The translations under genes and the position numbers were made by a program. Shown piece after piece: positions 26,596-36,166 of a DNA stretch of 44,354 bases; position 1 is the first letter of the stretch; each line of letters starts with the position of its first letter. Under the pieces are notes generated by a model. That model was not told the origin of the DNA. It was given only the letters and a program-made list of their open reading frames with translations, and did not search any database. Origin of the DNA: Vectrevirus LF31P3; sequence record OZ035776.1, one strand, 5' to 3'.

Positions 26596-27099
26596 ATGTC
26601 ACACTATGAATGTAAGAAGTGTCATAAGCGTTATGATTACTGTACTTGTGGTCAAGAGAAAACATCTTTTAAAATTGGAGACAAGGTATTTCGTAATGAA
26701 AAAGATTCGATTCCTTGGAATCAATACTGCAAAGAAGCTGGTATTGACCCTGATAGCCCTGTAACCATAGATGATATTGATGGCATTAACTTGTGCTTTC
26801 GTGAGGTGAGGGGTACAGGTTGGGATTCCAAAAAATTCAAACTTGCATCTGATAAGTTAGACAACAATATGGTAACTCAGCCTAAGCACTACGAGTTCTT
26901 TGATGGTGTAGAGGCAATCACTATCATTGCCCGCAGTATGACTGAAAAGCAATTCGCTGGGTACTGCATGGGTAATGCCCTTAAGTATCGCCTGCGTGCA
27001 GGTAAGAAGTTCAATACTGAAGAAGACTTGAAGAAGGCAGACTATTATAAAGAGTTATTCCAGAAGCATCGTCACGAATGTATTGATGAGGATATTTAA
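26596..27099 (+). CDS. hypothetical protein with N-terminal zinc-ribbon (CKKCH...CTCG)
   Basis: ggagga 6 nt before ATG; AT-rich; no family assigned with confidence. Confidence 0.55.
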   Translation: MSHYECKKCHKRYDYCTCGQEKTSFKIGDKVFRNEKDSIPWNQYCKEAGIDPDSPVTIDDIDGINLCFREVRGTGWDSKKFKLASDKLDNNMVTQPKHYEFFDGVEAITIIARSMTEKQFAGYCMGNALKYRLRAGKKFNTEEDLKKADYYKELFQKHRHECIDEDI

Positions 27100-27100
27100 T

Positions 27101-27274
27101 ATGGAAGGTAAACTGTATAGAGGGTACTTCGGTAACTTATATAAAGTAAGCTCTCGCGGTTTTGTATTGACCTCTGATGATGAAGGTGCAATGTGGCACC
27201 TAAGTGCATATGGTTCTAACTTAGCATACTTTAAAGAGGCAATAGTCAAAGGTGTGATGAAGGAGGTGAAATGA
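27101..27274 (+). CDS. hypothetical small protein (57 aa)
   Basis: gagga before ATG; overlaps upstream stop. Confidence 0.4.
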   Translation: MEGKLYRGYFGNLYKVSSRGFVLTSDDEGAMWHLSAYGSNLAYFKEAIVKGVMKEVK

Positions 27275-28218
27275 ATATCTTCCAATTCCTAGGCCTTCCA
27301 GAAGACCACCGCAACCACCCATTCATGCTGGTGAAGCATCGCGGTGAAGTACCTGAGAAGAAACTAACATTTCCATGTTATGCACAGGTGAAACGAGATG
27401 GTATCTTTTCTGCTGTTGTTATTCGCACTGATGGTGTCGTTGGCATTTTTGGTCGCACTGGTAAGAAACTGGCAAACACTGAAGGCCTCGAACAAACATT
27501 TGCTACCTTTCCGGTTGGCATTTATCTTGGTGAGCTTCAGTCTATGGCCATTGATATCTACCTTGAGGCAATCTCTGGGGTTGTGAACCCTAATCGCACT
27601 GAGCCACTTGATTTCATAGGCCAGCAGATTAAAGACAACCTGTATATCGACTTCTTCGATATGTTAACTATTAAGGCATTCCATGATGGATTCACTGATG
27701 TTTCTTATCTCAAACGTTACGATGCTTTACATCGCCGCATCGGCGCTCATCTTAGCGGGTACAACGCTATCCTTCCTATTACTCCTTGCCATAATGAGCG
27801 AGAAGTTGAAGCGTTTGCGCAAGAGCAGATAGACGCAGGCCGAGAAGGTGCTGTGTTTAAACTGGACTGTGATTATGAAGCAGGACATAAAGGTTATCGT
27901 CAGACTAAAGAAGTCCGTAAGGTAACTTATGACCTTACTTGTATTGGCTTTGAAGAAGGTAAAGGTAAGTACAAAGGTAAGGTAGCTAACCTCATTTTCA
28001 AATGGAAAGGAGGCAAGACAATCAAAGCTATGTTAGGTAAAGGGTGGACTCATGCAGATGCAGAACAGATGTTCCACGATATTAAACATGGTGGGCGATT
28101 GAATGTCATTGGTAAAATCTTTGAAGTCAAAGGTCTTCAGGATTCAAGCAAGGGCAACATTCGTCTGCCCAAAGCGGGAGAATTAAGACATGACAAAGAT
28201 GAACCAGATTTCTTTTGA
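27271..28218 (+). CDS. ATP-dependent ligase (nucleotidyltransferase superfamily; DNA ligase-like)
   Basis: Motif I KRDGIF (adenylation lysine), motif IV EGAVFK, lysine-rich motif V region; gaaggagg before ATG. Confidence 0.75.
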   Translation: MNIFQFLGLPEDHRNHPFMLVKHRGEVPEKKLTFPCYAQVKRDGIFSAVVIRTDGVVGIFGRTGKKLANTEGLEQTFATFPVGIYLGELQSMAIDIYLEAISGVVNPNRTEPLDFIGQQIKDNLYIDFFDMLTIKAFHDGFTDVSYLKRYDALHRRIGAHLSGYNAILPITPCHNEREVEAFAQEQIDAGREGAVFKLDCDYEAGHKGYRQTKEVRKVTYDLTCIGFEEGKGKYKGKVANLIFKWKGGKTIKAMLGKGWTHADAEQMFHDIKHGGRLNVIGKIFEVKGLQDSSKGNIRLPKAGELRHDKDEPDFF

Positions 28219-28402
28219 TAGCATGAAGGCAACTCGTGCAGTTGAGGTAGCAGAAGCTATCTTTGAAACTTTATCCTGTGGCATGGAAGTGCCATATACT
28301 TTACTTGCTGATGCAGAAGAACTTGGTCTTTCTGTAGAAGCTATCCAAGAGAAGGTTGACGAATTATATGGTACAGACGAAGAAACCGACGATTTCATTT
28401 GA
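28190..28402 (+). CDS. hypothetical acidic protein (70 aa)
   Basis: ggaga before ATG; overlaps ligase 3' end. Confidence 0.4.
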   Translation: MTKMNQISFDSMKATRAVEVAEAIFETLSCGMEVPYTLLADAEELGLSVEAIQEKVDELYGTDEETDDFI

Positions 28403-28406
28403 AGGA

Positions 28407-28535
28407 ATGGAGATGCTTGAGATAATTCTCAAGCCTTCTTCTCCGAAGGTGACTAAGACTCATGAAGAGTTAATCGTCGATGAAGTGAAGCGTTACATCA
28501 TGGATTGTGTCAGAGCACAACTGGTGGTCCAATGA
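28407..28535 (+). CDS. hypothetical small ORF (42 aa)
   Basis: gaagga before ATG; ATGA overlap with next gene. Confidence 0.3.
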   Translation: MEMLEIILKPSSPKVTKTHEELIVDEVKRYIMDCVRAQLVVQ

Positions 28536-28993
28536 TACGTCCAGCTTCCTTCCTAGATATTCCTGAGATTATAAACCTTGGGAATAAATATGTGGAAGAG
28601 GAAGTCAAGGTAGTGGCCCATCACTCAGCCTCATGGAATGCAGAACAAAGCGCACATAACCTTTGCGCATCTCTTAGTAGAGAAGATTTATTCCTATGGG
28701 TTGCTGTAGATGAAGGGCGGATTGTAGGGTTCCTGTGGGCTGGCTATCACGAGTTGGCCCCTTGGACACCTGTAAGGGTTGCCTCTGACATTCTCTTTTA
28801 TATTATACCAGAGAAGCGAGGAACCCTACTTGGTATGCGTCTCATCAAAGCCCTAAAGCAATGGGCTAGTGATAATGAATGCTCTGAGGTTCGCCTGTCT
28901 ATCGCCTCTGGTATTAATGAAGAACGTGTCGGACGTATGTATAAGCGACTTGGCTTTGAACCGTTTGGCACTGTGTACAACCTGAAGTTCTAA
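28532..28993 (+). CDS. putative GNAT-family N-acetyltransferase
   Basis: Motif-A-like EKRGTLLGMRLIKAL and C-terminal YKRLGFEP; start is the internal ATG at 28532. Confidence 0.5.
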   Translation: MIRPASFLDIPEIINLGNKYVEEEVKVVAHHSASWNAEQSAHNLCASLSREDLFLWVAVDEGRIVGFLWAGYHELAPWTPVRVASDILFYIIPEKRGTLLGMRLIKALKQWASDNECSEVRLSIASGINEERVGRMYKRLGFEPFGTVYNLKF

Positions 28994-29002
28994 GGAGATA
29001 AC

Positions 29003-29212
29003 ATGGGTGTTGTAAAGAAAGCATTTAAGGCTATCGGTCTTGCTCAAGATGCACCACGTATTGAAGCCAAAGTCCCAGCACAGCAGCTTGAGCGTAAGCC
29101 TGAGACTGAAGCTGAAGATATTCAAATTGGTGCAGGCGGTGATGATGCGACTGCATCTGCAAAAGGTAAGCGCGGCCTTGTCCGTCCGGTAGCTTCTAGC
29201 TTGAAGGTGTAA
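29003..29212 (+). CDS. small virion-associated protein candidate (T7 gp6.7-like position)
   Basis: taaggagata before ATG; directly upstream of portal. Confidence 0.45.
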   Translation: MGVVKKAFKAIGLAQDAPRIEAKVPAQQLERKPETEAEDIQIGAGGDDATASAKGKRGLVRPVASSLKV

Positions 29213-29213
29213 T

Positions 29214-30764
29214 ATGAAACAGAGCACAGATTTGGAGTATGGAGGTAAGCGGTCTAAGATACCTAAGCTATGGGAGAAGTTCTCCACTAAACGTAGCTCT
29301 TTCCTTGATAGGGCGAAGCATTACTCCAAATTAACCTTGCCCTATCTGATGAATGACAAAGGTGATAACGAGACTTCGCAGAATGGATGGCAAGGTGTAG
29401 GTGCTCAGGCAACTAATCATCTAGCCAACAAGCTAGCGCAAGTACTATTCCCTGCACAGCGTTCCTTCTTCCGTGTAGACTTAACTGCACAAGGTGAGAA
29501 GGTTCTTAATCAGCGTGGCCTGAAGAAGACAGAGCTAGCTACCATCTTCGCTCAAGTGGAAACACGGGCAATGAAAGAGTTAGAGCAACGTCAATTCCGG
29601 CCTGCTGTAGTGGAAGCATTCAAGCATCTTATTGTTGCTGGTAGCTGTATGCTATACAAGCCGAGCAAAGGTGCAATCAGTGCTATCCCAATGCATCACT
29701 ATGTAGTTAACCGTGATACCAATGGCGACCTGTTAGACATTATCTTACTGCAAGAGAAAGCCTTACGCACCTTTGACCCAGCTACACGTGCTGTAGTAGA
29801 GGTTGGCTTGAAAGGTAAGAAGTGCAAGGAAGATGACAGCGTTAAGCTGTACACACATGCTAAGTATCTTGGTGATGGATTTTGGGAACTCAAGCAATCT
29901 GCTGATGATATCCCTGTGGGTAAGGTGAGTAAAATCAAATCAGAAAAGCTACCTTTCATCCCATTAACTTGGAAGCGAAGCTATGGTGAGGATTGGGGTC
30001 GCCCTCTTGCAGAGGATTACTCCGGTGATTTATTCGTTATCCAATTCTTATCTGAAGCGGTTGCCCGTGGTGCTGCGCTGATGGCAGATATTAAGTACCT
30101 GATTCGTCCGGGTGCTCAAACTGATGTTGACCACTTTGTTAACTCTGGCACTGGTGAAGTTGTCACTGGTGTAGAAGAAGATATCCATATTGTACAGTTA
30201 GGTAAGTATGCAGACCTCACACCTATTAGCGCGGTTCTAGAGGTATACACTCGCCGTATCGGTGTTGTCTTCATGATGGAGACAATGACACGCCGTGACG
30301 CCGAACGTGTTACTGCTGTAGAAATCCAGCGAGATGCGTTAGAGATTGAGCAGAACATGGGTGGTGTATACTCCCTCTTTGCTACTACTATGCAATCGCC
30401 AGTAGCGATGTGGGGTCTGCTGGAGGCAGGGGAGTCCTTCACTAGTGACTTAGTGGACCCTGTGATTATCACAGGTATTGAAGCTTTAGGACGCATGGCT
30501 GAGTTGGATAAACTGGCTAACTTTGCTCAGTATATGTCACTGCCATTACAATGGCCTGAGCCTGTCCTAGCTGCTGTGAAATGGCCTGACTATATGGATT
30601 GGGTGCGTGGTCAAATCTCTGCTGAACTGCCGTTCCTTAAATCAGCTGAAGAGATGGCACAAGAACAGGAAGCACAGATGCAAGCACAGCAAGCACAGAT
30701 GCTTGAAGAAGGTGTGGCTAAGGCCGTGCCGGGTGTAATTCAACAAGAACTTAAGGAGGCGTAA
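29214..30764 (+). CDS. portal (head-to-tail connector) protein
   Basis: 516 aa; blocks WQGVGAQATNHLANKLAQVLFP and GGVYS resemble T7 gp8 as recalled; gaaggtg before ATG. Confidence 0.9.
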   Translation: MKQSTDLEYGGKRSKIPKLWEKFSTKRSSFLDRAKHYSKLTLPYLMNDKGDNETSQNGWQGVGAQATNHLANKLAQVLFPAQRSFFRVDLTAQGEKVLNQRGLKKTELATIFAQVETRAMKELEQRQFRPAVVEAFKHLIVAGSCMLYKPSKGAISAIPMHHYVVNRDTNGDLLDIILLQEKALRTFDPATRAVVEVGLKGKKCKEDDSVKLYTHAKYLGDGFWELKQSADDIPVGKVSKIKSEKLPFIPLTWKRSYGEDWGRPLAEDYSGDLFVIQFLSEAVARGAALMADIKYLIRPGAQTDVDHFVNSGTGEVVTGVEEDIHIVQLGKYADLTPISAVLEVYTRRIGVVFMMETMTRRDAERVTAVEIQRDALEIEQNMGGVYSLFATTMQSPVAMWGLLEAGESFTSDLVDPVIITGIEALGRMAELDKLANFAQYMSLPLQWPEPVLAAVKWPDYMDWVRGQISAELPFLKSAEEMAQEQEAQMQAQQAQMLEEGVAKAVPGVIQQELKEA

Positions 30765-31684
30765 TGTCTTTCTCATTTACTGAACCGTCAACCACTCACC
30801 CTACTACTGAAGAGGGTCCGGTAGAAACCAAGGAGGTAACAACTGATGCTGCTACTACTGATGCTACTGCTGACGCTGGCACTGCTGTACAAGATGACAA
30901 TGCTGGTGCACAACCTACTGAAGACACCGGAGGAGAAGCTTCTGGACAGCCTTCAGAAAAAGGAGACAATGACGGAGAGAATGGTGAATCTAAGCCAGAT
31001 GATACCGCGACCGACACTGAGGAAGTGCAATACTTCTTCGGAGAACATGAAGTAACAATAGACATCCCACAGGATGTAACTGACAGCCTTAAAGAGAAAG
31101 GCATTGATGCCAAGCAGGTTGCCAAGGAACTATATTCCAAAGGTGGCAAGTTTGAACTGTCAGATGCAACCAAGCAGAAATTGTATGATGCTTTTGGCAA
31201 GTTTGCGGTAGATGCTTACCTGTCAGGTCTTAAGGCTCAAAATGAAGCCTTCTTCCTGAAAGAAGCCAACGCAGCTAAAGAGTTGGAAGCAGCTAACACC
31301 CAACGCTTCTCTGATGTTTCTAAGGAAATTGGTGGCGAAGAAGGTTGGTCCCGTCTTGAGGAGTGGGCGCTTGAAACGCTATCCGATGACGAACTCACGG
31401 CATTCAATGCTGTGATGGAGTCTGGCAACCAGTACCTCCAGCAGTACGCTGTGCGTGAACTGGAGAGCCGCCGTAAGGCTGCACAGGGTGATGATAGGCC
31501 ATCCCTGATTGAGCCATCAGCACCTGCTAAGGCTAATGAAGAGAATGGCCCACTGACGCGAGATCAGTACGTTCAAGCAATCGCAACTCTTAGCCAGAAG
31601 TACGGCAATGACCGTAAAGCTATGGCAGAAGCTCAGGCTAAACTGGACGCCCGTCGCCGTGCTGGCATGGCTCGCGGTATCTAA
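30764..31684 (+). CDS. capsid assembly (scaffolding) protein
   Basis: 306 aa, very acidic and Ala/Glu-rich, between portal and capsid; aaggagg before ATG. Confidence 0.75.
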   Translation: MSFSFTEPSTTHPTTEEGPVETKEVTTDAATTDATADAGTAVQDDNAGAQPTEDTGGEASGQPSEKGDNDGENGESKPDDTATDTEEVQYFFGEHEVTIDIPQDVTDSLKEKGIDAKQVAKELYSKGGKFELSDATKQKLYDAFGKFAVDAYLSGLKAQNEAFFLKEANAAKELEAANTQRFSDVSKEIGGEEGWSRLEEWALETLSDDELTAFNAVMESGNQYLQQYAVRELESRRKAAQGDDRPSLIEPSAPAKANEENGPLTRDQYVQAIATLSQKYGNDRKAMAEAQAKLDARRRAGMARGI

Positions 31685-31690
31685 TTCAGT

Positions 31691-31713
31691 ATTTACTGGA
31701 CACTATAGAAGGG
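31691..31713 (+). promoter_or_regulatory. phage RNAP promoter (atttactggacactatagaaggg), +1 G at 31708
   Basis: Full motif, followed by gggaga; upstream of capsid gene. Confidence 0.85.
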
Positions 31714-31763
31714 AGAAAAGTTCTCCCTAGTTATCAATTTGATTTATAAGGAGATTATAATAC

Positions 31764-32972
31764 ATGTCTACACCGAATACTCTGACTAACGTTGCTGTAT
31801 CTGCATCCGGTGAGGTTGACAGCCTTCTCATTGAGAAGTTTAATGGTAAGGTCAATGAGCAGTACCTGAAAGGTGAGAACATTCTGTCCTACTTTGATGT
31901 ACAAACTGTTACTGGCACTAACACAGTGAGCAACAAATATTTGGGCGAAACTGAGTTGCAGGTGCTAGCACCGGGTCAGTCTCCTAATGCCACCCCTACT
32001 CAGGCGGATAAAAACCAATTGGTAATTGATACCACTGTCATTGCTCGTAACACTGTGGCTCACATCCACGATGTACAAGGTGACATCGATAGCCTGAAAC
32101 CAAAACTGGCTATGAACCAAGCCAAGCAACTGAAACGTCTGGAAGACCAGATGGCAATTCAGCAGATGCTGTTAGGCGGTATTGCTAACACCAAGGCCGA
32201 ACGTAACAAGCCGCGTGTTAAAGGGCATGGCTTCTCTATCAACGTTAACGTAACTGAGAGTGAAGCACTGGCTAACCCTCAGTATGTTATGGCTGCGGTA
32301 GAGTATGCTCTGGAGCAACAGCTTGAGCAGGAAGTGGACATCTCTGATGTAGCTATCATGATGCCGTGGAAGTTCTTCAATGCTCTGCGTGATGCAGACC
32401 GAATTGTAGATAAGACTTACACTATCAGCCAGTCTGGTGCAACCATTAATGGCTTCGTTCTCTCTTCTTATAACTGCCCTGTGATCCCGTCTAACCGATT
32501 CCCTACCTTCGCTCAGAATCAGGCTCACCACCTGTTGTCTAATGAAGATAACGGCTATCGTTATGACCCTATCGCAGAGATGAATGGTGCAGTTGCTGTT
32601 CTGTTCACTGCCGACGCACTGCTGGTGGGTCGTACCATTGAAGTGACTGGTGACATCTTCTATGAGAAGAAAGAGAAGACTTATTACATTGACACCTTCA
32701 TGGCTGAGGGTGCAATCCCTGACCGTTGGGAAGCAGTGTCTGTAGTTACCACTAAACGTAATGCAACTACTGGTGCTGCTGAAGATTCTGGTGATGATCA
32801 CGCAACCGTACTGGCTCGTGCACAGCGTAAGGCTGTATATGTCAAAACAGAAGGTGCTGCGGCTGCATTCTCTGCTGCCCCAGCAGGTATCCAAGCGGAA
32901 GACCTTGTAGCGGCGGTACGTGCTGTAATGGCAAATGACATCAAGCCGACTGCAATGAAACCTGCTGAGTAA
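31764..32972 (+). CDS. major capsid protein
   Basis: 402 aa, after scaffold, own strong promoter and downstream terminator. Confidence 0.85.
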   Translation: MSTPNTLTNVAVSASGEVDSLLIEKFNGKVNEQYLKGENILSYFDVQTVTGTNTVSNKYLGETELQVLAPGQSPNATPTQADKNQLVIDTTVIARNTVAHIHDVQGDIDSLKPKLAMNQAKQLKRLEDQMAIQQMLLGGIANTKAERNKPRVKGHGFSINVNVTESEALANPQYVMAAVEYALEQQLEQEVDISDVAIMMPWKFFNALRDADRIVDKTYTISQSGATINGFVLSSYNCPVIPSNRFPTFAQNQAHHLLSNEDNGYRYDPIAEMNGAVAVLFTADALLVGRTIEVTGDIFYEKKEKTYYIDTFMAEGAIPDRWEAVSVVTTKRNATTGAAEDSGDDHATVLARAQRKAVYVKTEGAAAAFSAAPAGIQAEDLVAAVRAVMANDIKPTAMKPAE

Positions 32973-32981
32973 TACCTATGC

Positions 32982-33017
32982 CCTATCTACCTTGCGTAGG
33001 TAGGGTTATTTTTGTTA
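32982..33017 (+). terminator. terminator after capsid gene (T7 Tphi-like position): 9-bp stem, 7-nt loop, U-run
   Basis: ccctatcta-ccttgcg-taggtaggg then ttatttttgtt. Confidence 0.7.
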
Positions 33018-33026
33018 GGAGGATTC

Positions 33027-33764
33027 ATGCCTGTAATTAGACAAACCAGTAAAGTAGGACACATGATGGAAGATGTGGCCTTCCAGATTATTGATAGTAA
33101 ACTTGAAGCGGTCAACCTGTGTATGCGAGCTATTGGTCGTGAGGGTGTGGATTCTCTCGACTCAGGGGACTTGGACGCAGAAGATGCAAGCAAGATGATC
33201 GACATCGTATCCCAGCGGTTCCAGTACAACAAAGGAGGTGGCTGGTGGTTCAATCGTGAACCAAATTGGCAGATTGCACCTGATACCAATGGTGAAGTCA
33301 ATTTACCTAACAACTGCCTAGCAGTATTGCAGTGTTACGCTTTAGGTGAAAAGAAAGTACCTATGACTATGCGAGCAGGTAAGCTCTACTCTACTTGGAG
33401 TCACACCTTTGATATGCGTAAGCATGTTAATGCTAATGGTATGATTCGTCTTACCTTACTCACCTTACTACCCTACGAGCATTTACCTACAAGTGTAATG
33501 CAGGCTATTGCCTATCAAGCTGCTGTAGAGTTTATTGTGTCTAAGGATGCAGATCAGACTAAGCTAGCCACTGCGCAGCAGATAGCCACTCAGCTTCTTA
33601 TGGATGTACAATCTGAGCAAATGTCACAGAAGCGATTAAACATGCTGGTACATAACCCCACTCAGCGTCAGTTTGGTATCATGGCTGGTGGCTCTCAGAA
33701 TGTACCTGCTTACTCTCATTCACCTTATGAGAGTTGGGCGCTCCGTCCGTGGGAGGATCGTTAA
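33027..33764 (+). CDS. tail tubular protein A (gp11-like)
   Basis: Position between capsid and tail tube B; aggagg before ATG at 33027. Confidence 0.65.
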   Translation: MPVIRQTSKVGHMMEDVAFQIIDSKLEAVNLCMRAIGREGVDSLDSGDLDAEDASKMIDIVSQRFQYNKGGGWWFNREPNWQIAPDTNGEVNLPNNCLAVLQCYALGEKKVPMTMRAGKLYSTWSHTFDMRKHVNANGMIRLTLLTLLPYEHLPTSVMQAIAYQAAVEFIVSKDADQTKLATAQQIATQLLMDVQSEQMSQKRLNMLVHNPTQRQFGIMAGGSQNVPAYSHSPYESWALRPWEDR

Positions 33765-36166
33765 TGGAAGTACAAGGTTCATTAGGTAGACAAATCCAAG
33801 GGATTAGCCAGCAGCCGCCAGCGGTACGCTTGGATGGTCAGTGCACAGCTATGGTTAATATGATACCTGATGTAGTGAATGGTACTCAATCACGCATGGG
33901 TACAACTCATATTGCAAAGATACTTGATGCGGGGACTGATGACATGGCTACTCATCATTATCGCAGAGGTGATGGTGATGAAGAGTATTTCTTCACGTTG
34001 AAGAAAGGACAAGTTCCTGAGATATTTGATAAGTATGGGCGCAAATGTAATGTGACTTCACAAGATGCACCTATGACTTACTTAACTGAAGTAGTCAACC
34101 CAAGGGAAGATGTGCAATTTATGACTATTGCAGATGTAACCTTTATGCTTAATCGAAGAAAGGTAGTTAAAGCTCGTACTGATAAATCACCAAAGGTTGG
34201 AAATAAGGCGATTGTCTTCTGCGCCTATGGCCAATATGGGACTACTTATAAAATTATAATTGATGGCAATGTAGCAGCTACACGTACCACCCCTGACGGT
34301 GGTGAAGCGGGTCAAGTTGTAAATATAAGAACAGAAGACATTACAAACCATCTTTATGATAGTTTACAGCAATGGAGTGGTATTAATGCCTACAACATCC
34401 AGAAAGATGGAACAAGTATCTTTATTGAAAAGAAAGATGGTAGCTCTTTTAATATTACTACAGAAGATGGTGCAAAAGGTAAGGACTTAGTAGCCATAAA
34501 GAACCGTGTAGCCTCTACCGACCTTCTACCCTCCCGTGCACCTGAAGGTTACAAAGTGCAAGTATGGCCTACTGGAAGTAAACCGGAGTCACGTTATTGG
34601 CTGGAAGCAGAACCAAAAGAGGGGAATTTAGTATCATGGCAAGAGACAGTAGCGGCGGATGTTTTACTTGGCTTTGATAAAGGGACCATGCCGTATATTA
34701 TTGAGCGTACAGGTATCATTGATGGTATTGCTCAATTTAAGATTAGGCAGGGTGACTGGGAAGACCGCAAGGTGGGGGATGACCTCACTAACCCTATGCC
34801 GTCTTTCATTGATGAAGAAGTTCCTCAGACAATTGGCGGAATGTTCATGGTGCAGAACCGTTTATGCTTTACAGCAGGTGAAGCTGTCATTGCATCACGC
34901 ACTTCCTACTTCTTTGATTTCTTTCGTTATACGGTTATCTCTGCATTGGCAACTGACCCATTTGATATTTTCTCAGATGCTAGTGAAGTCTACCAGTTAA
35001 AACATGCAGTGACCTTAGATGGCGCTACCGTGTTGTTCTCTGATAAGTCACAATTCATACTGCCAGGAGATAAGCCTTTAGAGAAGTCAAATGCATTGCT
35101 TAAGCCTGTTACAACATTTGAAGTGAACAATAAAGTGAAGCCAGTAGTAACTGGTGAATCGGTAATGTTTGCCACTAATGATGGTTCTTACTCTGGTGTA
35201 CGAGAGTTCTATACAGACTCTTATAGTGACACTAAGAAGGCACAAGCAATCACAAGTCATGTGAATAAACTCATCGAAGGTAACATTACCAACATGGCAG
35301 CAAGCACCAATGTCAACAGGTTACTTGTCACTACCGATAAGTATCGTAACATAATCTACTGCTACGATTGGTTATGGCAAGGAACAGACCGTGTACAATC
35401 AGCATGGCATGTATGGAAGTGGCCTATAGGTACAAAGGTGCGAGGTATGTTTTATTCTGGCGAATTACTTTACCTGCTCCTTGAGAGAGGCAATGGTGTC
35501 TATCTGGAGAAGATGGATATGGGTGATGCATTAACCTATGGTTTAAATGATCGCATCCGAATGGATAGACAGGCAGAGTTAATCTTCCAGCATTTCAAAG
35601 CAGAAGATGAATGGGTATCTGAACCGCTACCTTGGGTTCCTACTAACCCAGAACTTTTAGATTGCATCTTAATCGAGGGTTGGGATTCATATATTGGTGG
35701 TTCTTTCCTATTCAAATACAACCCCGGTGATAACACCTTGTCTACAACCTTTGATATGCATGATGATAGCCACGTAAAAGCGAAGGTTATTGTTGGTCAG
35801 ATTTACCCTCAAGAGTTTGAACCAACACCTGTAGTTATCAGAGATAGGCAAGACCGTGTATCTTATATTGATGTACCTGTTGTGGGATTAGTTCACCTTA
35901 ATCTTGATATGTATCCTGATTTCTCCGTGGAGGTTAAGAATGTGAAGAGTGGTAAAGTACGCAGGGTGCTAGCGTCAAACCGTATAGGTGGTGCTCTCAA
36001 CAATACAGTAGGTTATGTTGAACCAAGAGAAGGTGTCTTCAGATTCCCACTGAGAGCTAAGAGTACGGATGCTGTTTATCGTATTATTGTAGAATCACCT
36101 CACACATTCCAGCTTCGTGATATTGAGTGGGAAGGGAGCTACAATCCAACCAAAAGGAGGGTCTAA
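33764..36166 (+). CDS. tail tubular protein B (gp12-like)
   Basis: About 800 aa; N-terminal GISQQPP block like T7 gp12; TAATG overlap with upstream gene. Confidence 0.85.
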   Translation: MEVQGSLGRQIQGISQQPPAVRLDGQCTAMVNMIPDVVNGTQSRMGTTHIAKILDAGTDDMATHHYRRGDGDEEYFFTLKKGQVPEIFDKYGRKCNVTSQDAPMTYLTEVVNPREDVQFMTIADVTFMLNRRKVVKARTDKSPKVGNKAIVFCAYGQYGTTYKIIIDGNVAATRTTPDGGEAGQVVNIRTEDITNHLYDSLQQWSGINAYNIQKDGTSIFIEKKDGSSFNITTEDGAKGKDLVAIKNRVASTDLLPSRAPEGYKVQVWPTGSKPESRYWLEAEPKEGNLVSWQETVAADVLLGFDKGTMPYIIERTGIIDGIAQFKIRQGDWEDRKVGDDLTNPMPSFIDEEVPQTIGGMFMVQNRLCFTAGEAVIASRTSYFFDFFRYTVISALATDPFDIFSDASEVYQLKHAVTLDGATVLFSDKSQFILPGDKPLEKSNALLKPVTTFEVNNKVKPVVTGESVMFATNDGSYSGVREFYTDSYSDTKKAQAITSHVNKLIEGNITNMAASTNVNRLLVTTDKYRNIIYCYDWLWQGTDRVQSAWHVWKWPIGTKVRGMFYSGELLYLLLERGNGVYLEKMDMGDALTYGLNDRIRMDRQAELIFQHFKAEDEWVSEPLPWVPTNPELLDCILIEGWDSYIGGSFLFKYNPGDNTLSTTFDMHDDSHVKAKVIVGQIYPQEFEPTPVVIRDRQDRVSYIDVPVVGLVHLNLDMYPDFSVEVKNVKSGKVRRVLASNRIGGALNNTVGYVEPREGVFRFPLRAKSTDAVYRIIVESPHTFQLRDIEWEGSYNPTKRRV

